Assembly: GCA_010909165.1 (NCBI GenBank)
Contig: MU008154.1
Location: 682,001-746,000, forward strand
Length of the DNA stretch: 64,000 bases
Direction: 5' to 3'
DNA from: Anthoceros angustus
Lineage: Eukaryota; Plantae; Anthocerotophyta
Made by a program: the position numbers and the translations under genes. Every line of letters starts with the position of its first letter. Position 1 is the first letter of the stretch. Under the pieces are notes generated by a model, which was not told the DNA's origin, made no database searches, and saw only the letters and a program-made list of their open reading frames with translations. Of the stretch, positions 63,163 through 64,000 are shown piece by piece.

Positions 63163-64000
63163 TGTGGACTACGGACTTCCCAGGGGTTAGAAAATAGGTA
63201 GGGTTTTGTTTTTTTTGTAGGAGTAAAGGATAAAATGAGGCGGAAAAGGGGAAATAAGCATGGGTAGCACTCGGACTCGGAGTATACTCCGACCGGAGTG
63301 AGGAACGCATCAGACCTACTATGGCGGCGCCAGTAGCAGGATAAGTCCGGACCACCTGTGACCAGGTGATAAGTACGCCAAAGTAACTTAGAGTTGAGCC
63401 GTGGACGACCAGGCGACGCCACGTGGGCGACACGAGTGGAGCGGGCATGCAGCGGACGTAACCTTGCGAGGCCGTTATAGCAGTATTCACGCCGCTGCCG
63501 GCGGCGTAAGCCAGTGCAGCGGCGTAAGGCCGAGTAAGCGGAGGCGTAAGGGCGAATAAGCCATGGAACCTTGTGGAGCGGAGGAAGAGGCGCCTCCCGC
63601 CCGAGTTACTCCCGGCGTGGCGGCGAAGAAGGTCATTTTGCGACCTCGAGACAATTCGCGATCTCTTGCGCTCCATGATCCGGCTCTCTGGCGGTATCTC
63701 GTGGACACTCGACGTCTTGGCGGCTCACCGCTGAGGTCGGTGCAGCGAAGAGCGCCGTGCCGGCGGTCTCGACAAGCGGCCTGACAACCAAGGAGGAGAA
63801 GGCGATGGCACCCAAAAGCCCGGAAGTTTGGGAGCCATGGAACCTTGTGGAGCGCAACATTGTGACCCGCGCTATCCGGACTTTGGGCCTGGCTCCGGGA
63901 AGAGAATTGGTGCAGGAGTGGCATTTGGATGTGTTCCATGGTCCGACATTTGAGTGTCACTCTGGGAGTTGGGAAGATCTTGGCGGCGGTCAATAAGGAG
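63163..64000 (+). repeat. 3' LTR (partial)
   Basis: Follows the PPT; colinear with 53229-54060. Confidence 0.9.

Larger units (their letters stand above)
53229..64000 (+). mobile_element. Athila-like Ty3/gypsy LTR retrotransposon with a very long LTR; the 3' LTR runs off the window
   Basis: 5' LTR 53229-57694 (tgtg..ccaca), degenerate PBS ttttggccgttcttgg at ~57695-57712, gag-PR-RT-RH-INT, PPT gagaaggggag at 63150-63160; the 3' LTR from 63163 matches 53229 onward. Confidence 0.92.

Overview
Plant (streptophyte-type) heterochromatic window made almost entirely of nested transposable elements and a macrosatellite. The host species cannot be fixed from the sequence. The assembly looks poorly polished (many small indels between repeat copies, one N at 4372), so some frameshifts may be artefacts. 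From left to right: (1) 1-6390, a Ty3/gypsy LTR element carrying gag, protease, a C5 cytosine DNA methyltransferase domain and a terminal PHD-finger remnant, with RT/RNaseH/integrase deleted; its 5' LTR is broken by a Cassandra-like 5S-rRNA-derived LTR. (2) 6425-16179, the 5' end of an Athila-like gypsy element on the minus strand, whose LTR is split by a young full-length Ty1/copia (8268-15541). (3) 16180-22510, a second related copia containing a 1.94-kb solo LTR with a perfect TSD. Both copias carry a homologous antisense accessory ORF, with an AT-hook in copy 2. (4) about 22.5-52.6 kb, gypsy RT and Sola-like transposase debris plus a ~4.2-kb tandem unit (4 direct copies, 1 partial inverted copy). 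The unit carries an intron-containing ALY/REF (THOC4)-derived gene that has lost most of its RRM but multiplied its UAP56-binding motif. (5) 52650-53228, a Sola-like DDD transposase fragment interrupted by (6) 53229-64000, an Athila-like gypsy element with a ~4.5-kb LTR that itself encodes a long coiled-coil protein.
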